From contig NC_086378.1 of assembly GCF_036588685.1 (NCBI RefSeq), positions 66,340,001-66,404,000 of the forward strand: DNA of 64,000 nt, given 5' to 3'. The DNA comes from Mytilus trossulus. Lineage: Eukaryota. Shown here one piece after another: positions 63,185 to 64,000 of this stretch (position 1 is its first letter; every line of letters begins with the position of its first letter). The translations under genes and the position numbers were made by a program. The notes under the pieces are model-generated. The model was not told the origin of the DNA. It saw only the letters and a list, made by a program, of their open reading frames with translations, and ran no database searches.

Positions 63185-64000
63185 AACTGTACTGCTTCTT
63201 ATCGAGATGAAAGCTGCAAAATTGGATAAAAATAGAAGTATTATGTATAAAATAAACTAATATTTTTAACAGTTTTGTATATATGAGTGTTCGTGTTATA
63301 CAATTATCTTAAAAAGTAATAAAATCTTTTATTATCTAAAGCTTTCACAACGTGTTCTATTTTGCTTTTTGAACATGTGACCAAACTTGAATGCTTAGAC
63401 TTGACTACAAACTACAATTTTCAAACTTTTTAAAGGGTTTGAGTGTCCTAATTCACATAAACTGTTTTTATTCGACAATATATCATGACATATGCAAAGT
63501 TTTATAATTAAAAAATGAAGAAACATGTGAAATATGTTTAATGTCTTCAAGAGTGTTTATACGCGGTAAGCAGCCATTTGATTTTATTAAAATATTTTAA
63601 ATTGGTTCATTTTTCAAATTCCAACTAAATTTAAAGGTACACGGAGTGTCAATTGTACTAGATGGATGTAGTACTCAGTCACATAACACTGCAACATGAG
63701 ATGTGGCCAGCTGTGATCACTTGTTTGGCAAAAAAATATGAGATTCTAAATGTTCGTATATAAATATCTGTGTGTGTACCCATCCCCCTTTCCCTCTTTT
63801 ATTATCAAAAGTTGATGCCGTCTGCCTCCTTGTTTAGAATATCCACATTATTAATCCATGCAAATTTTAAAATAAAATGAGGTTTTAAATATTCGTATGA
63901 ATAGTGATTTTTTACCCGTCCCTTTTTATCCTCTGCCATTTTTAAAAGTTGGTGCTTACTTGCTTATAATATCGACATCGTTAATCCATGAGATTATAAA

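Overview
AT-rich eukaryotic (spliced) DNA, most likely from a bivalve mollusc. The repeat families look Mytilus-like, but the organism is an inference. Gene content: (1) two tandem, near-identical 5-exon genes (5864-14465 and 23337-31488, +), each encoding a 626-aa two-TM receptor guanylyl cyclase with a bacterial-type NIT (nitrate/nitrite-sensing) domain and no kinase-homology domain, inside a ~17-18 kb tandem duplication; (2) three serpins with uninterrupted coding sequence and no signal peptide (-), with basic P1 residues (R, R, K); (3) an 8-exon SLC22-type organic ion transporter (63184-55834, -). Non-coding DNA is dense with mobile elements: type I hammerhead-ribozyme repeats (retrozyme-like), Penelope-like RT 3' fragments, a fragmented Tigger/pogo fossil at the duplication junctions, TTAA-flanked MITEs (one with a visible empty site) and LINE tails. 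Two unrelated short palindromic element families each carry an internal reverse complement of their own end-to-end (circle) junction, an architecture suggestive of DIRS/tyrosine-recombinase mobilisation. All alignments and translations were done by eye, and repeat boundaries are approximate.
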